NCBI GenBank assembly: GCA_017538195.1
Contig: JAFYJH010000045.1
Span: forward strand, 486-64,485
Direction of reading: 5' to 3'
DNA length: 64,000 bases
From: Prevotella sp.
GTDB taxonomy: Bacteria; Bacteroidota; Bacteroidia; Bacteroidales; Bacteroidaceae
Below the pieces are notes generated by a model. The model was not told the origin of the DNA, made no database searches, and saw only the letters and a program-made list of their open reading frames with translations. This document shows, piece after piece, positions 36,001-45,304 of this stretch. Position numbers and translations under genes: made by a program. The number at the start of each line of letters is the position of its first letter. Position 1 is the first letter of the stretch.

Positions 36001-36354
36001 AACCAGACCGTCGCCCTGACCAACCGCTGGCGCTACGAAGGACAAGTGACCGACATTCCGCGCATCAGCTACGACGACCCGATGGGCAACAGCCGCTTCA
36101 GCGACCGCTGGATCGAGGACGGCAGTTATCTGCGCCTGAAGACCCTCCGACTGAACTACAAGGTGCCCGTGAGCCTCTCGTGGCTGCAAGGACTGCAAAT
36201 CTGGGCTGAGGCCAACAACCTCTTCACTGTGACGCGCTATCTCGGCAGCGATCCCGAATTCTCGGTGGCCAACGGCGTGCTCTATCAGGGCATCGACGCA
36301 GGCAACGTGCCGCTCAGCCGCAGCTTCTCCATGGGATTGAAGATTAACCTCTAA
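33055..36354 (+). CDS. SusC/RagA TonB-dependent transporter
   Basis: PLIVVDG, DIEKVQVLKNATALYGAKGGNGVVMITTKRG, SDRWIEDGSYLRLK. Confidence 0.96.
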   Translation: MTMKRHIILSFGILLATAVCLPVVAQDDLDADDVQETVVKKKVQTKLPTYPMMEVKGIVVDAVSKEPLSGIQVQTLNNRLYAAMTNEQGEFTIKVPTFATSLYVYSPRYLSQQVGIGDGTKTLRITMLPDKFKTMYENGTNVTARAEALVNNTTSLTVENEIENNIGADIHAINRSGGPGYGAAMFIRGLNSLNANAMPLIVVDGVVRDMQETRNTLHYGDYTNLLLNINPADIEKVQVLKNATALYGAKGGNGVVMITTKRGHSMATRIDANIGAGVTLVGRLPEMMNASQYRLYASEMLGTYPEIGRYQDEFKFLSDDQSKYYYREYHNETDWTKEVYHTAVTQNYNINVQGGDNVGMYNLSLGYTDAQSTARKNDFNRLNVRFNTDINVIYKLTTRFDMSYTKLNRNVFDNGAPEDFGVAPVSSPTLLALIKAPFLSPFTYNNITGQLTTTLSDADVFLTGLDRDLTLGNPTALLVNGNAINKNRVETMVFNTVIAPRYEFSRYLSLTETFSYTLDRTSQRYYRPKGGMPIFLIDGIGRVESLVSTMFSKQTSVVSDTRLQFTKQFGEHFVDAYGGFRYASFSFDDNTPKGQRNSGTNDKQPNISASMTYIDVLGIADAWKNMTWYGNLDYNYRNRYFAQLTLAAESSSRFGKNSAGLKLAGVKWGFFPSVQLGWALTNEAWFPKTDALNYLLVKAGYDISGNDDISNYAARTSFGVVKYLRDLTAAQLNNIGNDEITYEKTRRFNVGMQSYWLNNRVGVNFDYYINKTSNLLTLKSFENPVAGINNYWSNGGSLQNTGFELTVTGKPIVSKNFNVEIGASMGHYVNKIKSLPNDDKIYIGGQLAAQGYTSSIYGKDNIATIVGYEAGSFYGYRFLGVFATDAEAAQAGNGGYLYMRDNTGAHKTFTAGDAHFADLNGDGEINEADRTIIGNPNPDIYGNIFTNIMWKNFTLTVGFNYSLGNDVFNYQRSVLEGGNNFYNQTVALTNRWRYEGQVTDIPRISYDDPMGNSRFSDRWIEDGSYLRLKTLRLNYKVPVSLSWLQGLQIWAEANNLFTVTRYLGSDPEFSVANGVLYQGIDAGNVPLSRSFSMGLKINL

Positions 36355-36394
36355 TTGAAAGGTAAAAAAGTAAAATATTTAAAAAGTAAAGAAT

Positions 36395-38329
36395 ATGAAA
36401 GCAATGATATTTTTAAGGAAGATGGCGAAAGCGGTTTTACCCTTTTACCTTTTTACCCTTTTACCGATGATGACCTCCTGTCAGGATATACTCGAAACCG
36501 AGTCGAACCTTCAGATTTTCGACCCGGAACTCGACCAGAAGACCGACTCGATGTTCTACACGCTCGGCATTCTGAAAGGCGTGCAGCAGGCCATCGACCA
36601 GTATGTGCTCTTCAACGAGATGCGCGGAGAACTCACTACCATCAACCAGTATTCATCGACTGACTTGCGCGAGTTGGCAAACTTCTCGGCAACAACTACC
36701 AACAAGTACGACTCGGCCTACGTGTTCTACCGCATCATCAACAACTGCAACTACTTCATCGCCCATCGCGACACATCGCTGCTGACGGGCTCGAAAAAAG
36801 TAGCCATGCCCGAGTACGTACAGGCTTACAGCATCCGCGCATGGGCTTATTTGCAGTTGGCGAAGATGTACGGCGAGGTGCCGTTCTTCACGGAACCCAT
36901 CACGAACATCAGCGAGGCTAACGCCGTGCGCGAGAAGAAGGACATCCGTGGAATCTGCGAGGCACTCGCTCCGCAACTCCGCGTCTATGCCGACAGTTCG
37001 GCTCTCGCTGCCGTGCCCAACTACAACGGTGGAAACTTGGTGGACGTGGGCTATTTCAACAACAACACGAGAAAGCAGGTGAACGCCAGAAAGATGATGT
37101 TCCCCGTCGGACTTGTGCTTGGCGACCTCTATCTCGAGGCCGGACAGTATGAAGATGCCGCAAAGAGCTATTTCAAGTACCTGAAAGACAACAAACTCTT
37201 GGCTAAGGACTACAGTTCCGATGTTCCAAACACCGACGAGTTCCGTCTTAGCCGTCCGACCGACTGGCACGAGTACAACACGTCTTCGAGATGGAGAAGT
37301 TTCTTTGAAGGCGACAATCCCACGGACGTCATCACCTACGTGCCGATGGCTGTGAACAAACTGAACGGTCAGACTTCCGACCTGCCGCGTTTGTTCGGCT
37401 ACGACCTCTACACCACGGAGGCTTCGTCGTCGTTTTCGTCGAATATGTACCTCTTGGAGCGTGAAATCGACCCGTCGCCGACCTACAAGGCTCTCTCGGA
37501 CGCTCAGCTCTACTACTATCAGCCCGAATCGGCTGGTGCTGAGGTCAAGACGGTGGATATGATTGGCGACTGCCGCCGCAACGAATTGCTCAAGTTCATT
37601 TCCAAAGACGACTCCACGTTCTACGAAATGAGAAAATACGAGCGCGGAAATGTCTTTATCTATCGCGCTTCGACCGTCTATCTGCGTCTGGCTGAAGCCC
37701 TCAACCGCATGGGCTATCCCGATGCTGCGTTTGCCATCCTGAAAGACGGCTTCAACGAAGACCTCGAAACCGATTCCACCTATCTGACGGCTGAGTCGCA
37801 CGCGATGTTGCGCTCGACCATTCCGTTCTACTCGACGGAAAACAAGGCCATTTTCGCCAAGAGTGCCGGTATCCATTCCTATGGAACGGGTGTGACGGCA
37901 GGAGTCCGCTCGCCCTATCAGTACACGTCGATGGCTTACCAGAAATACCTCGACTTGCAGGAACAGTTCGGCAAGGAACTCTTCCCCGACATCCTTGTTG
38001 AAGTGTCGTTGCCGGTATTAGATGAGGAAGGTGAGCAGGTTTACGACGACGAAGGCAATCCTGTGACAAAAATCGTGCCCGTGCTCACATGGTCGAAAGA
38101 GGCTCTGATGAATGTCGTCGAGGACTTGATTTGCGACGAATACGCGCTTGAACTGGCCTTCGAGGGTCATCGCTTCGGCGACCTTTGCCGTTTGGCTCGC
38201 CACAAGAACGAAGCCGGCATCTACGGAAGCAATTTCGGCGGTCAGTGGCTCGCGAAAAAACTCGAAAAGAAGTCGGCTGTCGTCGATTTGACGAATCCGG
38301 CCAACTGGTACTTGCCGATGGGTAAGTAA
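36395..38329 (+). CDS. SusD/RagB lipoprotein
   Basis: Lipobox MTSC; AYLQLAKMYGEVP, YRASTVYLRLAEALN, ELAFEGHRFGDL. Confidence 0.93.
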   Translation: MKAMIFLRKMAKAVLPFYLFTLLPMMTSCQDILETESNLQIFDPELDQKTDSMFYTLGILKGVQQAIDQYVLFNEMRGELTTINQYSSTDLRELANFSATTTNKYDSAYVFYRIINNCNYFIAHRDTSLLTGSKKVAMPEYVQAYSIRAWAYLQLAKMYGEVPFFTEPITNISEANAVREKKDIRGICEALAPQLRVYADSSALAAVPNYNGGNLVDVGYFNNNTRKQVNARKMMFPVGLVLGDLYLEAGQYEDAAKSYFKYLKDNKLLAKDYSSDVPNTDEFRLSRPTDWHEYNTSSRWRSFFEGDNPTDVITYVPMAVNKLNGQTSDLPRLFGYDLYTTEASSSFSSNMYLLEREIDPSPTYKALSDAQLYYYQPESAGAEVKTVDMIGDCRRNELLKFISKDDSTFYEMRKYERGNVFIYRASTVYLRLAEALNRMGYPDAAFAILKDGFNEDLETDSTYLTAESHAMLRSTIPFYSTENKAIFAKSAGIHSYGTGVTAGVRSPYQYTSMAYQKYLDLQEQFGKELFPDILVEVSLPVLDEEGEQVYDDEGNPVTKIVPVLTWSKEALMNVVEDLICDEYALELAFEGHRFGDLCRLARHKNEAGIYGSNFGGQWLAKKLEKKSAVVDLTNPANWYLPMGK

Positions 38330-38345
38330 AATTCGATTGAATATC

Positions 38346-38388
38346 AAAACAAGCCCCGAAGGTTGCGACCCTCGGGGCTTGTTTTTTT
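38346..38388. terminator. Bidirectional intrinsic terminator
   Basis: aaaacaagccccga...tcggggcttgttttttt between convergent susD and pruA. Confidence 0.85.
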
Positions 38389-38409
38389 GTTAGGAAGCAG
38401 GAAGAAAAA

Positions 38410-38451
38410 CTCCTCGTTTCTCGTTCCTCGTTCCTCGATACTCGTTCCTCG
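38410..38451. repeat. Heptamer repeat (ttcctcg family x6)
   Basis: ctcctcg tttctcg ttcctcg ttcctcg atactcg ttcctcg directly after the pruA stop. Confidence 0.85.
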
Positions 38452-38452
38452 A

Positions 38453-40078
38453 CTACTTCATATAAGAATAGCGATAGTCCGTCGGCGAGACGAGCGTTTC
38501 CTTGATGACGCGCGGAATGATCCAGCGGATGAGGTTGAACTTGCCGCCTGCCTTGTCGTTTGTGCCAGAAGCACGCGCTCCGCCGAAGGGCTGCATACCG
38601 ACAACGGCACCCGTCGGCTTGTCGTTGATGTAGAAGTTTCCGGCGGCATAACTCAGCATGTTGGTGAGATCTTCGACTGCCATGCGGTCGCGTCCGAACA
38701 CGGCACCCGTCAGTCCGTAGGGCGAAGTCGTGTCGCAGAGTTTGGCGGTTTCCTCCACCTTGTCGTCGTCGTAGGGATAGACGGTCAGCACAGGGCCGAA
38801 AATCTCCTCTTCCATCGACTTGAAATGCGGATTCGTGGTTTCGATGATGGTCGGCTCGACGAACCAGCCCTTCTTCTTGTCGCACTTGCCGCCCATGACG
38901 ATTTTCGCGTCTTTCGCCTTCTCTGCGAAGTCGATGTACGACTTGATTTTGTCGAAAGAAACCTCGTCGATGACGGCGTTGATGAAGTTCTGCGGATCCA
39001 TCACATCGCCCATCTTCACTTCCTTCGCCATCTTCTTGATGTCAGCCAAAACTTCTTTCCAGAGGCTCTTCGGAATATACATTCGCGAAGCCGCCGAGCA
39101 TTTCTGGCCTTGGAACTCGAAAGCACCGCAGAACGCAGCCGTGGCAACCGCCTTCGGGTCGGCAGACGGATGCACGAAGATGAAGTCCTTGCCGCCGGTT
39201 TCGCCGACAAGACGCGGATAGTTGAGATATTCGCCGAGATTCTGTCCGGCCTGCCGCCACAGGGCGTTGAAGGTCGAAGTCGAGCCCGTGAAATGGAGGC
39301 CGGCGAAATACTTCGACTGCGTGGCGACCTCGCCGATGAGCGCACCGCTGCCGGGCAGGAAGTTCACGACGCCATCGGGCAGTCCGGCTTCCTTGTAGAG
39401 TTGCATCAGGTAGTAGTTCGAGAGCAAGGCACCGGTGGATGGTTTCCACAACGCCACGTTGCCCATCAGAACCGGCGTCATGCACAAGTTCGAGCCAATC
39501 GACGTGAAGTTGAACGGCGTGACGGCCAGCACGAAGCCTTCCAACGGGCGATATTCCATGTAGTTGAGATGCATCGCGCCGTTTTTGGGCTGCATCGCGT
39601 AGATTTTCGAGGCGAAATGCACGTTGTAGCGGAAGAAGTCGATGGATTCGCAAGCCGAGTCGATTTCCGCCTGATAGATGTTCTTGCTCTGGCCGAGCAT
39701 CGTGGCGGCGTTGAGAATCGGGCGATACTTCGTGGCGAGCAGTTCCGCCATTTTCATCACGATGGCAGCGCGCGTCGTCCACGGCGTTTCGCTCCACTCT
39801 TTCCAAGCCTTCATCGCGGCCTCGACCGCCATTTCCACCTCTTTTTTGCCCACTTTGTGGTAGGTTGCGAGCACGTGCTTGTGGTCGTGCGGACACGTCA
39901 CCTTGCCCGTGTCGCCCGTGCGAATTTCCTTGCCGCCGATGATGATCGGAATATCGACGACGAGTTTCGACTGCCGTTCCAGTTCTTTTTCGAGTTCCAC
40001 ACGCTCCGGCGAACCTGCCAGATAAGTCTTCACCGGCTCGTTGGCCGGGGTGGCGAATTGAATCAATGAATTGTTCAT
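38453..40078 (-). CDS. pruA: Delta-1-pyrroline-5-carboxylate (glutamate semialdehyde) dehydrogenase
   Basis: PFNF, FTGST, GETGGKD, FQGQKCSA, EEIFGP, NDKPTGAVVG, PFGGARASGTNDK. Confidence 0.95.
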   Translation of the reverse strand: MNNSLIQFATPANEPVKTYLAGSPERVELEKELERQSKLVVDIPIIIGGKEIRTGDTGKVTCPHDHKHVLATYHKVGKKEVEMAVEAAMKAWKEWSETPWTTRAAIVMKMAELLATKYRPILNAATMLGQSKNIYQAEIDSACESIDFFRYNVHFASKIYAMQPKNGAMHLNYMEYRPLEGFVLAVTPFNFTSIGSNLCMTPVLMGNVALWKPSTGALLSNYYLMQLYKEAGLPDGVVNFLPGSGALIGEVATQSKYFAGLHFTGSTSTFNALWRQAGQNLGEYLNYPRLVGETGGKDFIFVHPSADPKAVATAAFCGAFEFQGQKCSAASRMYIPKSLWKEVLADIKKMAKEVKMGDVMDPQNFINAVIDEVSFDKIKSYIDFAEKAKDAKIVMGGKCDKKKGWFVEPTIIETTNPHFKSMEEEIFGPVLTVYPYDDDKVEETAKLCDTTSPYGLTGAVFGRDRMAVEDLTNMLSYAAGNFYINDKPTGAVVGMQPFGGARASGTNDKAGGKFNLIRWIIPRVIKETLVSPTDYRYSYMK

Positions 40079-40271
40079 AAATTTTTGTAGGTTAGTATAA
40101 AATTAGTATATATATTACAAATTCCGACTGCAAATTTACGATAAAAAGTGGAAAAAATCGCACAAAAATCACTTTTTTTTCGTGTTCGACGAATTTTTTT
40201 TGGAAATAATTGCGTTGCAATGGAAGAATTTTACTAAATTTGCGTCCGAAAAAACATCAATTCAAAAAAAT

Positions 40272-41180
40272 ATGCAAAATCGTAGTTTGATTTCCATCTC
40301 GGACTTATCCAAAGATGAAATCCTGTCGCTGTTGCGACGGGCAAAAGAGTTTGAACAGAACCCCAACCAACGCATTCTCGAAGGCAAGGTTGTGGGGTCG
40401 CTGTTTTTTGAACCCTCGACGCGCACGCGCCTCAGTTTCGAGACGGCGGTCAATCGCCTCGGCGGTCGCGTGATTGGCTTCAGCGATGCCAGCACGAGCA
40501 GCCAGTCGAAGGGCGAGACGCTAAAAGACACGATTATGATGGTCAGCAACTACGCCGACCTCATCGTGATGCGCCATCCGCTCGAAGGTGCTGCGCGCTA
40601 CGCGAGCGAAATCTCGAAGGTGCCCATCATCAACGCCGGCGACGGCTCGAATCAGCACCCGACGCAGACGATGCTCGACCTCTACACCATCTACCAGACG
40701 CAGGGAACGCTCGAAAACCTGACGATTTCGATGGTCGGCGACCTGAAATATGGCCGCACGGTCCATTCGCTGCTCGAAGCGATGCATTTCTTCAAGCCGC
40801 GCTTCAAATTCGTGGCCTGCGAGGAGTTGCGGATGCCTGAGCAGTATAAGCAATATTGCAAGCAGCACGGCATCGAGTTCGAGGAAACCACCGAGTTCAG
40901 CGAGCGCATCATCAACCAAACCGACATTCTCTATATGACGCGCGTACAGCGTGAGCGTTTCAGCGACTTGATGGAATACGAGCGCGTGAAGAACGTCTAT
41001 ACGCTCACGGCGAGTATGCTCTCAGGCTGCAAGCCCAATATGCGCGTGTTGCATCCGCTGCCTCGCGTCACGGAAATCGCTCAGGATGTCGATGACACGC
41101 CGCAGGCTTACTACTTCGAGCAGGCTCGTAATGGTCTTTATGCTCGTCAGGCACTTATCTGTCGGGCGTTGGGAATATAA
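40272..41180 (+). CDS. pyrB: Aspartate carbamoyltransferase catalytic subunit
   Basis: [37 protein letters not shown]. Likely start MQNRS at 40272. Confidence 0.97.
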   Translation: MQNRSLISISDLSKDEILSLLRRAKEFEQNPNQRILEGKVVGSLFFEPSTRTRLSFETAVNRLGGRVIGFSDASTSSQSKGETLKDTIMMVSNYADLIVMRHPLEGAARYASEISKVPIINAGDGSNQHPTQTMLDLYTIYQTQGTLENLTISMVGDLKYGRTVHSLLEAMHFFKPRFKFVACEELRMPEQYKQYCKQHGIEFEETTEFSERIINQTDILYMTRVQRERFSDLMEYERVKNVYTLTASMLSGCKPNMRVLHPLPRVTEIAQDVDDTPQAYYFEQARNGLYARQALICRALGI

Positions 41181-41315
41181 TTTAATAAAGGAATGGAAGA
41201 GAATGGAAAGGAATGGAAAAGAAGTTAAAAGGACAAATGTCCTCTTATCGTAAGTCTAATGTCCCTTTCACTTCCTTTCAACTTCCCTTTAACTTCAACT
41301 TAAATAAACAAAATC

Positions 41316-41777
41316 ATGAACAACAACAAGAAAGAAATGGCCGTCGCAGCATTGAAGAACGGCATCGTCATCGACCATATTCCCTGCGCATCGCTTTTCA
41401 AGGTGGTGAACCTGCTGGGACTCGACAAAATGGAAAGTAGCGTCACCATCGGAAACAACCTCGACAGCGGCAGTATGACCCGAAAAGGCATCATCAAAAT
41501 CGCCGACATCGAACTGCCCGACGACACGCTCAACCGCATCGCCGTCATTGCGCCGAATGCTGTCATCAACATCATCCGCGACTACGAAGTGGTGAAAAAA
41601 CACTCTGTGACGCTACCCGATGAACTCATCGATTTCGTGCATTGCAACAACCCGAAGTGCATCAGCAACAACGAGCCTATGCGCACACATTTCCACGTGG
41701 TGGACAAACTCCACACAACCCTGCGCTGCCACTACTGCGAGCGCATCGTCACGCACGACGAAATCACATTGAAATAA
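41316..41777 (+). CDS. pyrI: Aspartate carbamoyltransferase regulatory subunit
   Basis: NGIVIDHI; Zn motifs CNNPKC and CHYC. Confidence 0.96.
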   Translation: MNNNKKEMAVAALKNGIVIDHIPCASLFKVVNLLGLDKMESSVTIGNNLDSGSMTRKGIIKIADIELPDDTLNRIAVIAPNAVINIIRDYEVVKKHSVTLPDELIDFVHCNNPKCISNNEPMRTHFHVVDKLHTTLRCHYCERIVTHDEITLK

Positions 41778-41822
41778 ACCTATTAACTAATCAATTTATT
41801 CACCAAATCTTAACAAAAAACT

Positions 41823-42815
41823 ATGCCAAAAAGTTTGTCAGGGAGAAGTTTCCTGAAATTGCTCGACTTCTCTACGGAAGAGATTCAGTATCTGCTGCAA
41901 CTCTCGAAAGATTTCAAAAACCTGAAGCGTACCAACACACCGCACAAGTACCTGCAAGGCAAGAACATCGTGCTGCTGTTTGAAAAGACATCGACGCGCA
42001 CGCGCTGCGCCTTTGAAGTGGCTGGAAACGACCTCGGAATGGGCGTGACCTACCTCGATCCGGCATCGTCGCAGATGGGCAAGAAAGAGTCGCTCGAAGA
42101 CACGGCAAAAGTGCTCGGACGAATGTTCGACGGCATCGAATATCGCGGCTTCGACCAGCAGATTGTCGAAGACCTCGCCAAACACGCCGGAGTGCCCGTC
42201 TGGAACGGTCTGACCACCGAATTCCACCCGACGCAGATGCTCGCCGACGTGCTCACCATCGAGGAAAACTTTGGCTATTACAAGGGCTTGACGCTCGTGT
42301 TCATGGGCGATGCCCGCAACAATGTTGCCAACTCGCTGATGGTCGTATCGGCCAAACTCGGCATCAACTTCGTGGCCTGCGGTCCGAAGGCGAATATGCC
42401 CGAAAAGAGTCTCGTCGATACCTGCAAGAAGATTGCGAAGGAAAACGGCTGCACCATCACGCTGACCGACGACGTGAAGAAGGGCACGAAGAACGCCGAC
42501 GTCATCTACACCGACATCTGGGTGTCGATGGGCGAGCCCGACGACATTTGGGAACAGCGCATCAAGTTGCTCAAGCCGTATCAGGTCGATGATGCCGTGA
42601 TGAAGAACGCCAACCCGAATGCCATCTTCCTGCACTGCCTGCCCTCGTTCCACGACTTGGAAACGACCATCGGCATGGACATCTACAAGAAGTTCGGTCT
42701 GAAGGAAATGGAAGTGACCGACAAGGTGTTCCGCAGCAAGCAATCGAAGGTGTTCGACGAAGCCGAAAACCGTATGCACACGATCAAAGCCGTGATGTTC
42801 GCCACGCTGAAATAA
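41823..42815 (+). CDS. arcB: Ornithine carbamoyltransferase, canonical type (probably catabolic)
   Basis: [20 protein letters not shown] (SMG loop), HCLP, AENR; directly upstream of carbamate kinase. Confidence 0.93.
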   Translation: MPKSLSGRSFLKLLDFSTEEIQYLLQLSKDFKNLKRTNTPHKYLQGKNIVLLFEKTSTRTRCAFEVAGNDLGMGVTYLDPASSQMGKKESLEDTAKVLGRMFDGIEYRGFDQQIVEDLAKHAGVPVWNGLTTEFHPTQMLADVLTIEENFGYYKGLTLVFMGDARNNVANSLMVVSAKLGINFVACGPKANMPEKSLVDTCKKIAKENGCTITLTDDVKKGTKNADVIYTDIWVSMGEPDDIWEQRIKLLKPYQVDDAVMKNANPNAIFLHCLPSFHDLETTIGMDIYKKFGLKEMEVTDKVFRSKQSKVFDEAENRMHTIKAVMFATLK

Positions 42816-43756
42816 TGAAAAAGCGTCTTGTAATTGCTCTTGGCGGCAATGCCCTCGGCAAGTCGCCCTTTGAGCAGTTGGAGCTGGTGAAAAACACGGC
42901 TTCAACCATCGTTGACCTCGTTGAGGAGGGCTACGATGTGGTGATCGGACACGGCAACGGCCCGCAGGTGGGTATGGTGAACCTCGCCTTCGAATATTCT
43001 GCCAACAACGGCAGCGGAACGCCGCTGATGCCTTTTCCCGAATGTGGCGCGATGACGCAGGGCTACATCGGCTATCATCTTCAGCAGGCGGTCGGGCGCG
43101 AACTGGCTAATCGGGGAGTCAAACGCTCCGTCGTCAGCGTCGTCACGCAGGTGGTGGTTGATTCGAAGGACAAGGCGTTCAAAAATCCCACGAAGCCCGT
43201 CGGAATGTTCTATTTCAAGGAAGATGCCGAGCGGATGATGAAGGAAACGGGCTATACGTTCATCGAGGATGCCGGTCGCGGTTGGCGGCGCGTCGTGCCG
43301 TCGCCGATTCCGAAGAAAATCGTGGAATTGCCAGTCGTCGAGCAACTTGTCAGCAAGCATCACATCGTCATCACCGTCGGCGGTGGCGGCATTCCCGTCG
43401 TGGAAAAGTCCGCCGGTGCCTACGAAGGCGTGGCGGCTGTCATCGACAAGGACCGCGCCAGTGCGCTCTTGGCACTCGAACTGAAGGCCGATATGCTCGT
43501 GATTCTCACGGCGGTCGATCGCGTGTCCATCAACTACAACAAGCCCAACCAGTTCAACCTCAGCCAGATGACGCTTTCCGAGGCGAAAAAATACATCAAA
43601 CAAGGGCATTTTGCTCCGGGCTCGATGCTTCCGAAAGTGGAATCGTGTATGAGTTTTGTCGAAAACACCGAAAACGGCACGGCCCTCATCACCTCGCTCG
43701 AAAGAGCACGTGAGGCCCTGAGAGGCGAGACTGGCACGAGAATCGTGAAGAAATAA
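42815..43756 (+). CDS. arcC: Carbamate kinase
   Basis: ALGGNAL, HGNGPQVG, NPTKPVG, GGGGIPV, VIDKD, GSMLPK. Confidence 0.96.
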   Translation: MKKRLVIALGGNALGKSPFEQLELVKNTASTIVDLVEEGYDVVIGHGNGPQVGMVNLAFEYSANNGSGTPLMPFPECGAMTQGYIGYHLQQAVGRELANRGVKRSVVSVVTQVVVDSKDKAFKNPTKPVGMFYFKEDAERMMKETGYTFIEDAGRGWRRVVPSPIPKKIVELPVVEQLVSKHHIVITVGGGGIPVVEKSAGAYEGVAAVIDKDRASALLALELKADMLVILTAVDRVSINYNKPNQFNLSQMTLSEAKKYIKQGHFAPGSMLPKVESCMSFVENTENGTALITSLERAREALRGETGTRIVKK

Positions 43757-43766
43757 TCAAATAATC

Positions 43767-43800
43767 AAAAAATCGGAACCCAAGGGCTCCGATTTTTTTT
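43767..43800. terminator. Bidirectional intrinsic terminator
   Basis: aaaaaatcggaaccc-aa-gggctccgatttttttt between convergent arcC and rocD. Confidence 0.8.
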
Positions 43801-43837
43801 GTCAGTATTTTTCGATTTTAATCAAAAAACCGATTGT

Positions 43838-45145
43838 TTACGCCATTTCCTCGAAAGTCTTTTTGATGATGGCAATCGCCTTCTTGATTTCGTCTTCCGT
43901 GATGCAGAGCGGCGGAGCGAAACGGATGATGTCGTCGTGGGTCGGCTTCGCAAGCAGACCGTTTTCCTTCATCTTCAGGCAGATGTCCCAAGCCGTTTTC
44001 GTGCCGATGGGCTTCGTCACGATGGCGTTGAGCAGACCGCGACCGCGCACCTCGACGATGAACGGCGAGTTGATTTTCTTGATTTCGGCACGGAAAAGTT
44101 TACCCATTTTCTCGGCGTTCTGCACGAGTTTTTCTTCCTTCACCACCTTCAGAGCCTCGACAGCCACGCGAGCGGCAAGCGGGAATCCGCCGAAGGTCGA
44201 ACCGTGTTCGCCGGGCTTGATGTTGAGCATCACCTCGTCATCGGCCAAGCAAGCAGAAACGGGCAACATGCCACCGCCGAGTGCCTTACCAAGCACCACG
44301 ATGTCGGGACGGATGCCGTCGTGCATCGAGCAGAGCATTTTTCCCGTGCGGGCGATACCCGTCTGCACTTCGTCGGCGATGAACAGCACGTTGTGCTTCT
44401 TGCAAAGGTCGTAGCACTTCTTCAGATAGCCTTCGTCGGGCACGAAAACGCCGGCCTCGCCTTGAATCGGCTCCGCGATGAACGCGCAAACCTCTTTTCC
44501 GTGCTCTTTCAGTGCTTTTTCAAGGGCTTTCGGGTCGTTGTAGGGGATGCGGATGAAGCCCGGCGTGAGCGGACCGTAGTTGGCGAAAGAACTCGGATCG
44601 TCGCTCATCGTGATGACCGTCACGGTGCGACCGTGGAAGTTGCCCTCGCAGCAGATGATCTTGATTTTCTCGTTGGGAATGTTCTTTTTCACAGCACCCC
44701 AGCGACGAGCCAGTTTCAGGGCCGTTTCCACGCCCTCGGCACCCGTGTTCATCGGCAGAACGCGGTCGTAGCCGAAGAAGTCGTGCATGAACTTCTCATA
44801 CTCGCAGAGCGCGTCGCTGTAGAACGCGCGCGAGGTCAGACAGAGCACGTTGGCCTGGTCCTTCAGAGCCTTGACGATGCGCGGATGGCAATGTCCCTGA
44901 TTCACAGCCGAGTACGACGAAAGGAAGTCGAAATACTTCTTTCCCTCGACATCCCAGACATAGATGCCCTTGCCTTTGTGGAGAACTACTGGAAGCGGAT
45001 GGTAGTTGTGGGCACCATACTTCTCTTCCAAATCCATGAGTTTCTGACTCTCGGTCTTCACACTCTTCGCCTTCGGCGCGCACTTTCTTGCACACGCCTT
45101 TTTTGCAGGCTGTTTAGCCGCAGTTTTCGTTGTCTTTGTTGCCAT
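43838..45145 (-). CDS. rocD: Ornithine--oxo-acid aminotransferase
   Basis: [48 protein letters not shown]. Confidence 0.96.
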   Translation of the reverse strand: MATKTTKTAAKQPAKKACARKCAPKAKSVKTESQKLMDLEEKYGAHNYHPLPVVLHKGKGIYVWDVEGKKYFDFLSSYSAVNQGHCHPRIVKALKDQANVLCLTSRAFYSDALCEYEKFMHDFFGYDRVLPMNTGAEGVETALKLARRWGAVKKNIPNEKIKIICCEGNFHGRTVTVITMSDDPSSFANYGPLTPGFIRIPYNDPKALEKALKEHGKEVCAFIAEPIQGEAGVFVPDEGYLKKCYDLCKKHNVLFIADEVQTGIARTGKMLCSMHDGIRPDIVVLGKALGGGMLPVSACLADDEVMLNIKPGEHGSTFGGFPLAARVAVEALKVVKEEKLVQNAEKMGKLFRAEIKKINSPFIVEVRGRGLLNAIVTKPIGTKTAWDICLKMKENGLLAKPTHDDIIRFAPPLCITEDEIKKAIAIIKKTFEEMA

Positions 45146-45304
45146 TTTTTCTGGTGAAAATTAAGTTTTAATGCAAATTTATGATAAATTTGCGACAAAG
45201 TTATAAATTTATTGTGAAAATCTACAATAATTTGTCCGTTTTTTTTGTTTTTCCGCCACTAAATCGTACCTTTGCACGCCAAATAAAACGAAATCTATCT
45301 GAAT

